Shown: positions 19,835 to 31,373 of the stretch, one piece after another
Layout of the letters: each line of letters starts with the position of its first letter
How positions within the stretch are numbered: the first letter of the stretch is position 1
Assembly (NCBI GenBank): GCA_977018835.1
Contig: OZ361256.1
Location: 4,960,001-5,024,000, forward strand
Reading direction: 5' to 3'
From: Minutocellus sp. GHC0000111
Lineage: Eukaryota
Length of the DNA: 64,000 nucleotides
The notes under the pieces: model-generated
What the model was told of the DNA's origin: nothing
Databases searched by the model: none
The model's input: the letters and a program-made list of their open reading frames with translations, nothing else
Program-made: the position numbers and the translations under genes

Positions 19835-21714
19835 TCAAGAGACAGAATTTTCTCTTCTTCCCATAATTGTGCTGGCGCTCAGCGATGGCTCAGATCCTCT
19901 TCTACCTCGGCGAGATTTGTTCTTAAGTGGTAACTCCATGCTTCCATTACGTCTCAAAAGTCCACGACGCATAGGAGTGGATTGAGATTGAGAGGAGGAC
20001 GTGTCGTTGTTCCATTTGGGCAGATCTTCTTCCCACTTGTCGTTTCCTCCCTCGATGAAGTCACTGATGAGTGCCACAGCCTCGTTCATCTTGGGTCGAA
20101 GGCGCGGCTCGGTCATCCAACAGTCGTTCTCGAGCTCCTTGATGCAGGCTGGCCACCACTCCTTGGGTACGGGGCGTCGTCCACCGCAAATGACCTTGCG
20201 CTTGAAGGTCTCAATGTCCTTGATGTTGCCAAAGGGCTTTCTCATGGCGCAGATCTCATGCAAGATTATCCCAAATGAATAAACGTCGGCGCTCAAACCA
20301 TATGGGGCCGCAAGGGCTACCTCGGGAGCCATCTGTGGTGAAACATAAGATAAGGGAGGAAAGGTGAAAGGGATGTCCCGGGTCAGACACATTACAGACG
20401 CGGAACAATACGTTCTGCACAGGTACAAGACACGAACCGAAAGGAAAAGATACAAAAGACGCAACTCACGTATCGAAGAGTTCCTGTCATGGCGGTGAGA
20501 CGGTATCGATCGTCGTCACTTCCGATGCAGTCGGGTTCTATTTCCCTGGCGATGCCAAAGTCCAAAAGCTTGACCGTGCCCTGATGATCGATGCCAATAT
20601 TTTGAGGTTTGATATCACGGTAAATTACCCTATGCCGATGGAGGTATTCCAATCCTCTTGCTATACCGAGGGCAACACCCAGGCGCTGCGCCAGAAATTC
20701 GCGCTCGACGGTCACGAGGTCGACATTGCTCGCGCTGACGCTGCCAATGGAGGATCGACGACGGCTGTGAAGACTGCCCAACGCCAGGCGGCTGGACATG
20801 CGGTGCAGGAGGCCTTTCCCACTACCACTGTTGCTCGTGCTGGCGTTACTTTCGGTGCTGCCCCGACGATTATTCGCGCTGCAACCGGTGGCAGGTGCGC
20901 TGTTGACGACGAGATTGCCGTAGCCCATATCCTGCCGCATGGCATCCTGCCGTTCGCGCCAGGCCTTCATCCGCACGTCGAGGGTGCACTGGACCTGATC
21001 GAGGACGAGGAAGTATCCACGCTTTTCGTCGGATGTGAAGGCCTCAGCGAGGGAACCGGCGGAAACGCCCCGGATCTTGATGATGTTGTCGTGCGACAGG
21101 GAAGCCAGGAGCTTGGCTTCGTAGGCCAAGTCGACGGCGCCCGTTCGGAACTTGTCGATGTCTTCCATGACGGACGGACGGAGATGCTTGATGACGTACC
21201 CGCCCGGCTCGTCGCTGCCAATGTGACGGTAGGCGCACTGTCCGTGATGGGATGGGTCGCCGTCGCTTTGGACGGACTCCGAGATGGTCGAGGCGTTGGA
21301 GATCTTTCTACCCGGCTTCGCTGCTGCGTCTGCGTCTCCTGCGAGGAGGCTGGAATCGCTGCCTTGTCGTGTGTTGAGAATTCGGACGGAGTACACGTCG
21401 TTGAATGCTCCCGAACCTATGAGCTGTCCCTCGACCAGGTCGTCGCAGCTGATCTGCGGGAGGCCACTGCTGCTACTGCGTCGGCGTCGGCTGCCATTTC
21501 GCCGACTCCCCTCGGATTGGTCAGTTTCCGAGATTGCAGTCGGCACGTCGTCGTGGTCGTGATCTTTCGGCTCATCGTCATCGTCATCGTCACTGTCGCA
21601 CAAGATGAGACTCTTGCTGGATCGGCGACGGAGGATCCGTTGGGCCTCGTTGGCGACCGCCCGACGGATCACGATGTTGGCCGTGGCCTGTGGGTCCGTT
21701 TCGGCCAAGACCAT
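19835..21714 (-). CDS. Ser/Thr (TKL-like) protein kinase, 2 exons
   Basis: IGSGAFNDVY, YVIKHL, HDNIIK, VIYRDIKPQN, DFG, TGTLRY|MAPE, SADVYSFG. Intron 20469-20333 (GTGAGT..CAG). Confidence 0.93.
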
Positions 21715-22123
21715 GGTGGAAGAGTATTATTGGCACCAATAATTAATTACTCGTACGTTAGAGAGTGCTTTGTGCCAGGCTGCCAGACATGCAAACATGC
21801 GTGGCGCCTGCGCGCGCCGGCGCCTGCGTGGTTTTGACTGTGTTTGTTTGTTCTTTCCGAGACAACGCCGGAGTTTCTTTTCGGCCTCAACAGCGAGCAG
21901 ATGGCGCTATTCTCATCCACCATTTCTCCACGTCAGAGTTGAAGCTCTTCAGAAAGTGCGTCATTCAGTCGAGGGGCTGGCTGCATGTTGAAACGTCGTT
22001 CTCGCGTCGTTCGCGTGTCGCGTTCTCCACCACCACAGCATTTCCCGTTATTATTGGCGGCAAGACTCGTAAAAGCAAAAGCTTTGCCAACTGCCTTGAC
22101 CCCAGCGAAGATACAATCACAAG

Positions 22124-23708
22124 ATGATGGGTAAAATGGGGAAAACGGCAGCGGAGAAGAAGCAGTCCTCGGTGGCCCGCGGCGGCACTCGGCGGTAGCC
22201 GTAGCCGAGGAAGAAACCACCCCGACCGATCAACTCACGAGGAAGCTTCGGAGCGGTCGTAGAAGCACGACGACGTCCGCCACGGGTGCTCTGGGGACGG
22301 ACTCGTCCTTCAGCGAGGCGGGCACATGGGTACCGTCGTCGTCGTCCCCTTCGGCTGCGGCAGCTTCGGGTGCTGCTGCCTCATCGCAGCACCAAAGCGG
22401 TAGTCAGCACATCGGCCCAGGGCACGCAGACGGTGTGATTCAGACACCGGACGAACGTCTGTCGATCAAGCTTCGGACCGGCGGCCAGAGCCTCCGCCTG
22501 TCCAATGTATCGATAATCACCACCTCGGGCCACGAGTATCGCCGCAGGAGCACTGGCGCCGATACCATCGAGGAAGAAGATGACGAGAATGAGAATGAGG
22601 ATCAGCAGAATAATCAGCAACAGCCTGCAGCCGAGGTACCTGTACCGGTACCGGTAGTGGAAGAGACGAATCCCTCTGCCGGCGTCGGCGGAGAAGCCTC
22701 TACTACTCCTCCTAGAAGTAGCAGTGCAAATACAAATACAAATGGTGAGGTGGATCTCGAACGAGCAGATGGCAGTGGCACAATCGCACAAGCTGGCGAA
22801 GAAGAGTCACCGGCAGAATCAGCAACTGTCCTTGAAGGTGCATCAGTCGTACTGGTGGCAACATCTCACAGCGACTCTCAACAGTACCCACCAGAGTTGC
22901 CGCCACCAGCGGACGATTCACCAGCCGCTTCGATTGCCTTGGAGGCCTACACGGCCGAAGAAGTTCAATACGCAAAGGTAGTCCGTGAAACCGACGTCGC
23001 TTGTATGGCCCTCCGAACTAAGCGAGCCATGTGCGTAATCGTTGCCTTCGTACTTGTCGTCGTTGCTGCCATCGTTGCCGGTGTTATCACCACACGACCA
23101 AGGGGGGCGATGGTGCGACTCAGCAGGCTGGCCCAATCGACAAAACTCCAATCACACAAGACAACATCAAGATGGCAGCAGATTACTGGATCGCCGACCC
23201 CGAGGCCGCAGCGAAGCAGTACGGTCACATCAGTACCTGGGACATATCATCCGTAACGAGCTTGGGCGGACTATTCCAAGGCTACAGCAGTTTCAACGAA
23301 GACCTTTCGGCGTGGAATACCTCCGCCGTCAAAACAATGAGCCAGGTATTTAGTAATGCCGAATCTTTCAATAGCGACTTATCTGGTTGGGACACAAGCA
23401 AAGTGCGCACAATGGAGGCAATGTTCCGTGGAGCCTCTTCGTTTGATAGCGATCTTTCAAGTTGGGATACTAGCAACGTCCGGCGAATGAACAACATGTT
23501 CAACGGTGCTGCTTCCTTCACGGGCACTCTCTGTTGGGACTTGAGCTCCGTGACGTTCGCCACGCAGTTTGAGCATGGTTTCGGTGCATGCCGAACATCC
23601 AACATCAAGACATGTCACATGTTGTGTAACAGTGGTGCAAGACTTGATGCCTCCTGCGCCACGAGCGAAATGATCGAGGCGGCGCAAGAGTGTCCCGCAC
23701 CGGGTTGA
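22124..23708 (+). CDS. Type II membrane protein with C-terminal DUF285/BspA-like repeats (two apparent frameshifts)
   Basis: Disordered N-terminus; TM helix VIVAFVLVVVAAIVAGVI; YGHISTWDISSVT and repeats FNxDLSxWxTSxVxTMxxMFxxAxS. Frames join if one base is added near 22133-22141 and at G6 23102-23107. Confidence 0.8.
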
Positions 23709-24136
23709 GAACTTTTAGACTACCGGTAACTTGCTTGCACATGTACCGGTCGGTACTTACCGGTAGCACACACATATGTACAATTGCACATTGTACAGTG
23801 TAGAAATTCCTATATAACTCGACATGTAAGCCTATTATTTTGCAAGATGGGGCTTAGATCTAGACTAGACACTCTCATGCGATACCCTCCTGTTACCACC
23901 GGTATGGGGATCAATTGGTGTGTCATCCATCGTCGTCCTGGCTGAGACAAGCATGGGTCATCAACCGAAAACCACACCACCATGATGCTTTTCGCCAAAA
24001 GTGCACAAATACCGACTGCTAACGAGCGCGCCTTCTTTCCACAACCCATAACCTCCCTTCTACCCCGCCCAACCCCTGACCAGCAAGTGCTAGCCGTAGC
24101 TAGACTGACTACGTAGCCAGAACGACCCAATACAGC

Positions 24137-25155
24137 ATGCCAGCAGCCGCTCCGACCAGTGGGGGCGCTGCTGCTCCGGCAGAAGGGGCTGCAGTGGCAA
24201 CAGAGGGAAATCCCACTGCCGCACCCGCCAACACCACCGCCGCCTCCGCCGTCTCACCCCGTCTCCCAAACACAGCGGTGTGCGTTCCGATTGCGTACGG
24301 CTCCATTGCATTCTATCTAGGGAGCAACGCTGATGAATATGCTACTCATGAATGGACTTTGTACGTGCGCGGTCCGAACAACGAAGACTTATCCGCTGCC
24401 ATTGCCAAGGTCGTCTTCTCGCTCCACCCCAGTTTCCCGCAGCCAGTTCGAGAACTGACGGCACCGCCGTTTGAGGTCACTGAAAAGGGATGGGGAGAGT
24501 TTGAGGCATCGATACGGATCGTTTGGAGAGATCCGGAGGAAAAGGCTACAGTCGTAAGTTGCATTTTGACTGAGCTGGTGGCGTTATGCTGTATTACTTC
24601 GATCGGACTTATTCTATTCTCCATGTTGAGCCGCGCACATGTATCTCTGGAAACAATACCGTTTCATCTCACTTATTTTTGCGACTTGTATCACGTAAAA
24701 TTTTTCAGATTATGCACCCGATTAAGCTGTATCCACCGGGCGTGACTGCGGCAACTCCTTCTACAACTTCAACGGAACCGGTTGTGCACGAGTTCTACAA
24801 CGAGGTGGTCTTTACCGACCCACGGGAATCTTTCCATGAGCAGCTCATGAGAATGTCGGTTTTGCCCAAAATTGAAAGTCGCGAATCTAATGTTCAGGCG
24901 GCATTCCCACAATATTCCGACGAAGAGGATTGGAAGGCACTGCTGGAGGCTCAATCCTTCTTGGATGCCGAGCTGAAGAAGGTGAAGCATCGGCTGATGG
25001 AGGCAGATATGGAGATGGAAGAGCTGGACCTTGCCTTGATTGAAGTTGCCCAGGCTCAAACCCAGGCCACGGCCCTTGCTGCAGCGTCATCTTCCAGTCA
25101 TGGTGGTAGCAAGAGCAAATCATCATCGGGGAGCTCCAAAAGCAAGAGCAAATAA
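24137..25155 (+). CDS. YEATS4: YEATS-domain protein (YAF9/GAS41), 2 exons
   Basis: PIAYGS..THEWTLYVRG..KVVFSLHPSF..PPFEVTEKGWGEFE. Intron 24554-24708 (GTAAGT..CAG). Exon 2 HPIKLYP..VVHEFYNEVVF plus coiled coil. Confidence 0.93.
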
Positions 25156-25301
25156 TTGAAAATGTTGGGCTCGACACGACAGAGCTCCCGGTCATTGGCT
25201 ACCTTGGGATGTCAACAGTACAGTAGACCAGTAAGATATACAGTGGATATTTACGATTACCCGTTGGATGCCACAGCTCGATACACAAGCATGTAGTTGC
25301 C

Positions 25302-26059
25302 TCAACGAAACCATGGCATCGACTGCAAGAAGGCATCCAATTTCTTCTCAAAGTTGGTCGATCGAATATCAAATGTATCACCGCCGCCACTCCCACTGCT
25401 GCTTTGGCCCACCATCGACATTTCTCCCGGCCGATACAGCGGCGATTTGATCACACTCTCGACCCATAACTCTGTGTAGATATGCTGCAGGGCATTCCTC
25501 ACCGAAACGTTGCTATCCGCCGCTGCTGCACTCGATCGTCGGCTGCTGCTGCTGCTGCTGGTATCGCCGACATCGTTTGTGGTGTACATGGCAAATCGCA
25601 AGCCCGACAATGTCTCATAATTGTGCAAGGTCGATGCCCCCGTTCGAATGGAATGCAGGCCTGCCGTTATAAAGTAAATAATAGATTTTTCGCAAAGGGG
25701 TCAAGTCAGTAAATGCAAAAGGAAAGCGGCATGAAAAATAAATGTTTCGGCGGCACATCCAATACTGTAGCAACACGTTCTCCATTCACCTCACATCACC
25801 ACAACGCTAACGCAACCATTTTATCATCACGCCACTCACCACCCTTCTCTCCCTCGGGCGCCAAACTGCCGACCAACTCCAGCAGGGAGAAGAGCATGCC
25901 AAACACCAGCTTGCGCTGCTCGTCAACGGGATCCTCTTCCGCCGGGCCCTGAGACGTCTGTCGGAGCTGCTGCTGACCGACCGCGGCTGCCTGCGAGTAC
26001 GTTTTGGAGAACAGGGTCTTGCCCTTGCGATCGAATATGTGAAGACTGTGGACGGTCAT
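25302..26059 (-). CDS. TRAPPC1: TRAPP complex subunit 1 (Bet5, sybindin-like), 2 exons
   Basis: MTVHSLHIFDRKG..EQRKLVFGMLFSL. Intron 25839-25661 (GTGAGT..CAG). LHNYETLSGLRF..LQHIYTELWVESVIKSPLY..F. Confidence 0.92.
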
Positions 26060-26251
26060 GGTTGGTGGAGGTTTATTGTTGGCTTGCAGCGCAGTGAGTT
26101 CTTGCGTTCCCGGGCCTGGCATACTGGTGTTGCGGTTGCCCGCCCATGCCACGCGCGTTCGGCGCGTACCTAGGCCTAGGTAAAAGTTCTGCGCGGCCGG
26201 CCGCGCGCGCCGGGAAGGGTCGACAAAAAAAGGAACCCGGAGAAGTGAGCT

Positions 26252-26312
26252 GCAGTTGACCTCACATTCAAAACCGCCAGTTCAGTTATCAGCAGTTGAC
26301 CTCACATTCAAA
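26252..26312. repeat. 21-bp perfect direct repeat GCAGTTGACCTCACATTCAAA (26252-26272, 26292-26312) just upstream of TOP2
   Basis: Seen directly; lies in the TRAPPC1/TOP2 divergent region. Confidence 0.9.
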
Positions 26313-26339
26313 CGAGCCCGTCAGCGACTGGCTGCGCCC

Positions 26340-29300
26340 ATGATTCGTTTGAGGTCGGTGGCAGCCGGTGCTGTGCGGCTGCGGGGCGTTTATCCATGTC
26401 GTTCTGCTGCCCATCCTCTTCGACAGCCCCAACAGTATCATCTGACACCAGCGGCACCAACCGCCCTTTCATTGGTCAGGTTTCAATCAACAGCGACGGG
26501 TGGGAACGAGCGGCAGCTGAGCATCGAGGAGCAGTACAGCCGCAAGACACCAGTGGAGCATGTGCTGCTTCGACCGGGAATGTACGTCGGACCGACCGAA
26601 CGGTTGCCTCCCACGACGTGCTGGGTGCCAGATACCCTGCCAGACCCTTCATGCCCTTCATCCTCGTCGGCGGGCGACCTCAACAGCACTCGTATGGTCC
26701 AGAGGGAGTGCAGCTTAGTACCTGCTCTAAACAAAGTATTCGACGAAATACTGGTCAATACATCAGACAATCGGCTGCGACATCCAAAGTCGTGCAGTCG
26801 CGTGGATGTGACCATCGACCCTGGCTGTGCCGAGGGCACCGATCGTCGACCACCACTCATCAGCGATTACAACGATGGCAAGGGCATACCGGTCCAAATC
26901 CACCGGAAAGAGAAGATGTACGTGCCAGAGATGGTCTTTGGTCACCTAATGACGGGGTCTAACTTCAACGACTCCGATAAGCGCATCACCGGTGGGCGGC
27001 ATGGGTACGGTGCAAAGTTGACCAATATTTTTTCACACAGGTTTACGGTGGAGACTGCCGATGCGCGCAAGGGGTTGCTGTATCGGCAAACATGGGAGGA
27101 CAACATGTCGGTGGCGAACGAAGCGGAGATAATTCCGTTGGAGGACGGTGCAACGGAGGACTACACCAGGGTAACCTTCATTCCTGATTTGCCCAAGCCG
27201 ACGGGAGACGCCACGGCCACAACTATACCTTTGGACGAGTATGCCGTCATGTGCCGTCGTGTCATCGATGTGGCGGGATGCGCTGGGGATAAGCTTGAAG
27301 TGACGCTCAATGGTCGAAGAGTTCCGATAGGTGGCTTCCAGGAGTATGCCCAGCTGTACCGGCCGCCGGATAGTCCTCCACTCGTATTTCAGCGGCTCAA
27401 CGCAAGGTGGGAGGTTGGCATTGGGCTGTCCAGTTCGGGTTCGTTTGAATCGGTCTCGTTCGTCAATGGCATGGCCACCACCCGCGGCGGTACTCACGTC
27501 AATGCCATCGTGAATCAGGTAACGAAGAAGATTGTTGACAAGGTTGTGAAGCTCCATCCCGATTTGCGCGAGACCGTTGGGCAGGGTCTGGTGCGGAGAC
27601 ATCTTTGTGTGTTCATTAATTCTCTGATCGAAAATCCAACATTTGACTCCCAAATGAAAGAGTCGCTCACGTCGAGTCCACACACGTTTGGTAGTCGGTA
27701 CTCGCTGAGTGAAAAGTTTCTCAACGAATTGATTCGCGATGAAGATGCCGACAACAACAATGGCGGCGTTGGTGGGCCGGGCATTGTCGAAGAGCTGGTT
27801 AGAGTTGGCCGAGGAAGACAGCAGGCCAACCTCTTGAAGAAAGTAGGGGGGAAGAATCAGTCGAAGCGCCGCATAGTCTCTATCCCCAAGCTTGATGACG
27901 CGCATTTAGCAGGGACGGAAGAAGGTATTGATTGCACTTTGATTTTGACCGAGGGAGATTCGGCGAAAGCGCTGGCTGTAGCAGGCCTGGAGGTGATCGG
28001 CCGTGATCGATATGGAGTTTTCCCCCTACGAGGTAAATTTCTGAATGTGAGGGACGCATCATTGGATAAGCTCACAAAGAACGCCGAAGTGAAAGCACTC
28101 TGTTCCATTCTCGGTCTAGATTTTGAGAAGACATATGCGTCCCAAAAGGAGAGAAAAGAATTGCGGTATGGACACGTGATGCTGATGACCGACCAAGATA
28201 ATGATGGTAGTCACATCAAGGGGTTGATGATGAATTTCTTTCGGAACTTTTGGCCCGAGCTGCTCAAACCGCCATCGGGAATTGATCAGGGCGATGACTT
28301 TGACGGAAAGCCTTTCCTATCATCCTTTATTGCTCCTTTGATGAAAGTCACAAAAGGCAAGAAACAAAGTCATAGCTTCTACTCCATGGCAGAATACAAC
28401 GAATGGCGCGAATCACTACAAGATGAAAACGAAATAAAGCGTTGGAATGTCAAATATTACAAAGGTCTGGGCACCAGCACTCCGGCAGAAGCTAAGGAAT
28501 ATTTTTCTGCCTTTGACGATCACCATCGACCTTTTGCATGGAAATCCGACAAGGATGGAGAGCTTCTGGATATGGTCTTCGACAAGCATCGCGCGAGCGA
28601 CCGCCGAGAATGGATCAATACGGAATACAACGAAGCATCGAATATTTCAATCAACATAGACGAAGGGAACTCTGTCACATTTGAAGACTTTGTGAACAAC
28701 GAAATGATTCACTTTTCTAACGCAGACAATGTTCGGAGCATTCCGAGTGTCATTGACGGCCTGAAACCTTCTCAGCGCAAGGTTCTATTTGCGTGCTTCA
28801 AACGCAATCTGAAGAAGGAAATGAAGGTAGCCCAGCTGGCTGGATACTGTGCGGAGCATACAGCATACCATCACGGCGAAGCGTCGCTGCACGCAACAAG
28901 TACGTTGAGTTCCATGTATTTTCGATATGGTCTCTATTCTCTCTCTCTCTTTGTGTTTTCCTTGAATATTTATCAATCCCTTACATGCGGTCTCACCTTC
29001 GTCTCCTTTTCTCCACCGTGCACAGTAATTGGAATGGCACAAGATTTTGTTGGTTCCAATAATATCAACCTGCTTGTACCATCTGGTCAGTTTGGCACAA
29101 GATTGGCGGGGGGAAAGGACGCAGCATCGCCTCGTTACATCTTTACTGCCCTTTCGCCGTTGGCTCGAATTCTATTTCCAGAAGTTGACGATGCACTTCT
29201 TTCTTATATGGAGGACGATGGTCAATCGATTGAGCCAGAAGTGTTTTGTCCAATTATACCTCTTTTGCTTGTGAATGGGGCACAGGGCATTGGTACTGGG

Positions 29301-30251
29301 TGGAGCACAAACATCCCACCTCACAACCCTCGTGATGTTTTGGATTATATCCGAGCAAAGCTCGACTCCAAGCAAGACCTACCATCTTTACAACCATGGG
29401 TCAGAAATTTCAAGGGAGAAATTGTTTCGAAAGATGATGGCAGAGGATATGATAGTATTGGAAAGATAGAAAAGGCCTCGAAATCGTCGGTAGTCATCAG
29501 TGAGCTACCTGTTGGGAAGTGGACAAACGATTACAAGGATCACCTCCTACGGATGCGAGATAAAGGTACCATCCAGAATATTGTCGAAGATCATACAACG
29601 ACGTCCGTTGCCTTTACTGTCGGTATGAGATCGGCTCAGCTTTCTAGAATGGGATCTAGGTCCACGCTTCACAAACAATTCAAGTTAGAGGCGCCTCTAC
29701 TTCTGACAAATATGCATGCATTTGACAGCAACAACATGATCCAGCGTTATGACTCTGCGGAAAGTATCGCCGATGCCTACTTCCCAACAAGGCTTCAAAT
29801 GTATGGAGATCGGAAATCTCTCCTTGAGGCATCTCTCAACTATTCATCTGCAATAATGCAGAACAAGGCTAATTTTATCGCGGCAGTAACCGAGGGAAAG
29901 GTAGATATAGTCCGAGGACAAAAGTCCAAGGCAGAGACAATGGATAATCTCAAAAGTCTTGGCTTTGCATCGTCGTCAGAGCTCGATGAATTGAAGAAAA
30001 TTGCCGGGACTTCGAACTCAAACGGTGGGGGCGAGGAAGCGGATGTCTTATCTGAATCCAAGGGCAAACCGGAAAAGGAATATGATTACCTTCTCAACAT
30101 GCCTCTCTCATCTTTGACTACGGACAAGATCCATGGTCTTCGAGAAGACGCACAAAAGACGCAACAAGAACTCGAAGAAATTAAGAGCGCAACGCCTGAA
30201 GACTTGTGGCATTCGGATTTAGATAAGTTGGAGGAGTATCTCCCGTTATAA
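26340..30251 (+). CDS. TOP2: Eukaryotic type IIA DNA topoisomerase II, probably organelle (mitochondrion)-targeted; 126-nt intron 28900-29025
   Basis: EHVLLRPGMYVG, FDEILVN, GGRHGYGAKL, TEGDSA, PLRGK, MTDQDNDGSHIKG, YYKGLGTS, DGLKPSQRK, YHHGEASL, ASPRYI. Splicing GTACGT..CAG restores HATIIGMAQ. Arg-rich N-terminus ending RFQST. Confidence 0.97.
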   Translation: MIRLRSVAAGAVRLRGVYPCRSAAHPLRQPQQYHLTPAAPTALSLVRFQSTATGGNERQLSIEEQYSRKTPVEHVLLRPGMYVGPTERLPPTTCWVPDTLPDPSCPSSSSAGDLNSTRMVQRECSLVPALNKVFDEILVNTSDNRLRHPKSCSRVDVTIDPGCAEGTDRRPPLISDYNDGKGIPVQIHRKEKMYVPEMVFGHLMTGSNFNDSDKRITGGRHGYGAKLTNIFSHRFTVETADARKGLLYRQTWEDNMSVANEAEIIPLEDGATEDYTRVTFIPDLPKPTGDATATTIPLDEYAVMCRRVIDVAGCAGDKLEVTLNGRRVPIGGFQEYAQLYRPPDSPPLVFQRLNARWEVGIGLSSSGSFESVSFVNGMATTRGGTHVNAIVNQVTKKIVDKVVKLHPDLRETVGQGLVRRHLCVFINSLIENPTFDSQMKESLTSSPHTFGSRYSLSEKFLNELIRDEDADNNNGGVGGPGIVEELVRVGRGRQQANLLKKVGGKNQSKRRIVSIPKLDDAHLAGTEEGIDCTLILTEGDSAKALAVAGLEVIGRDRYGVFPLRGKFLNVRDASLDKLTKNAEVKALCSILGLDFEKTYASQKERKELRYGHVMLMTDQDNDGSHIKGLMMNFFRNFWPELLKPPSGIDQGDDFDGKPFLSSFIAPLMKVTKGKKQSHSFYSMAEYNEWRESLQDENEIKRWNVKYYKGLGTSTPAEAKEYFSAFDDHHRPFAWKSDKDGELLDMVFDKHRASDRREWINTEYNEASNISINIDEGNSVTFEDFVNNEMIHFSNADNVRSIPSVIDGLKPSQRKVLFACFKRNLKKEMKVAQLAGYCAEHTAYHHGEASLHATSTLSSMYFRYGLYSLSLFVFSLNIYQSLTCGLTFVSFSPPCTVIGMAQDFVGSNNINLLVPSGQFGTRLAGGKDAASPRYIFTALSPLARILFPEVDDALLSYMEDDGQSIEPEVFCPIIPLLLVNGAQGIGTGWSTNIPPHNPRDVLDYIRAKLDSKQDLPSLQPWVRNFKGEIVSKDDGRGYDSIGKIEKASKSSVVISELPVGKWTNDYKDHLLRMRDKGTIQNIVEDHTTTSVAFTVGMRSAQLSRMGSRSTLHKQFKLEAPLLLTNMHAFDSNNMIQRYDSAESIADAYFPTRLQMYGDRKSLLEASLNYSSAIMQNKANFIAAVTEGKVDIVRGQKSKAETMDNLKSLGFASSSELDELKKIAGTSNSNGGGEEADVLSESKGKPEKEYDYLLNMPLSSLTTDKIHGLREDAQKTQQELEEIKSATPEDLWHSDLDKLEEYLPL

Positions 30252-30430
30252 CTACACGCGCACTATACTAGTAATCGGGCCATCATTGTGGAAGCTTCAA
30301 TGAAAAATAAAAATAATGTTTATAAAATAAACTGATATTTGATTAAATATGTTTATGCTAAGAGTACAGTTTTATCACATAAATATTCAAGTAAGGAAGG
30401 TACACTACGACGTAGTGCCTACCGCATCTT

Positions 30431-30952
30431 TCAGTTGTCGAGCGCAGACAACTCTTTCTGTTTTCCTCGAATTTCGGCGGAGCGCCGGCAAGCACTGGAA
30501 AACTGTTGAGCAACCAGGGCTATCTTGTCAGCATCAACTAGCGGCGATGAAGTTTCTCCGGCCTCAAAGGCATCAAATTGTCGATCTTGTTCGAGGACGG
30601 CGTCGAGGATCGCCCGTTTACGGGCTGCACGTTTCTTGACACTCTCTTCGCTCACCATATGTTCGACTCCCCGAAGAGTAAGATAGGCCTCGAATTTTTT
30701 GGGGAGCCTTCCATTTTGACTGCGTGCGAGCACGATGGTTTTGGCAAGGTCTTGTTGGGATTTCTGTTGGTCTTCTCGGCTTCTGTGGACTGAACGACGC
30801 TCATGTTTTGTCATTTCATCGACTGTAGGAATGAGATAGATCTTGGTCCTTCGACAAAAACGTATGTTACATGTAGTATCTTTGGCGTTCTTTGTTGATT
30901 CGGCAGAGGAATTATTCGTATTGATGTTGGGAGAATCCATACTTGCACACAT
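30431..30952 (-). CDS. Hypothetical protein of the diatom 'V/IxF..RG(L/V)E' family
   Basis: IRF..YLIP..M..E..RGVEH..AVLEQ..IA..S..A..G pattern typical of a large diatom-specific family (recognised by eye). Confidence 0.65.
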   Translation of the reverse strand: MCASMDSPNINTNNSSAESTKNAKDTTCNIRFCRRTKIYLIPTVDEMTKHERRSVHRSREDQQKSQQDLAKTIVLARSQNGRLPKKFEAYLTLRGVEHMVSEESVKKRAARKRAILDAVLEQDRQFDAFEAGETSSPLVDADKIALVAQQFSSACRRSAEIRGKQKELSALDN

Positions 30953-31205
30953 CGCTGCGAATGAAAGATGAACGTTAGTGCTGTTGCTGCACTGTATTGT
31001 TGCGAAACAAGCAACAAGGCGACAATCCAGCACAATTAATGGTACAAATAAGCACCTGGACAATCTGTTGACAATAATGTTTGAATGGCCTTGCAATCAT
31101 TTATTTCTTTTTCATTTCTTCCGCTACTAAGAATTCCGACTAGTAGAGCGAAGTAATGACGTGCGGTCTTGCAATCGTTTCTTCTTCACCACGACGCCCA
31201 AAATT

Positions 31206-31373
31206 TAGGCCTAGGCCCTAACCCTACATGTACACGTACTACGTAGCTAGGACCTACTAGTAGTCTAGCTAGAGTACCTACGTAGCTACCTAGGTACGTA
31301 GTAGCTACGTAGGTACTACGAAGTACATGTAGTACCCTAGCTAGCTACGTACGTACGTAGCTACTTAGTAGCT
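31206..31373. repeat. Low-complexity tract of short palindromes (CTAG, TACGTA, AGCT, GTAC, AGGCCT)
   Basis: e.g. TAGGCCTAGGCCTA..TACGTAGCTAG..TACCTAGGTACGTAGTAGCTACGTAGGTAC..CTAGCTAGCTACGTACGTACGTAGCTAC. Confidence 0.85.

Noticed and set aside
20584..21837. 417-aa plus-strand ORF
   Set aside because: Antisense shadow of the GC-rich kinase exon.
28900..29025. Novel hydrophobic insertion or TM segment in TOP2
   Set aside because: Bounded by GTACGT and CAG with a pyrimidine-rich interior; splicing restores the conserved sequence, so it is an intron.
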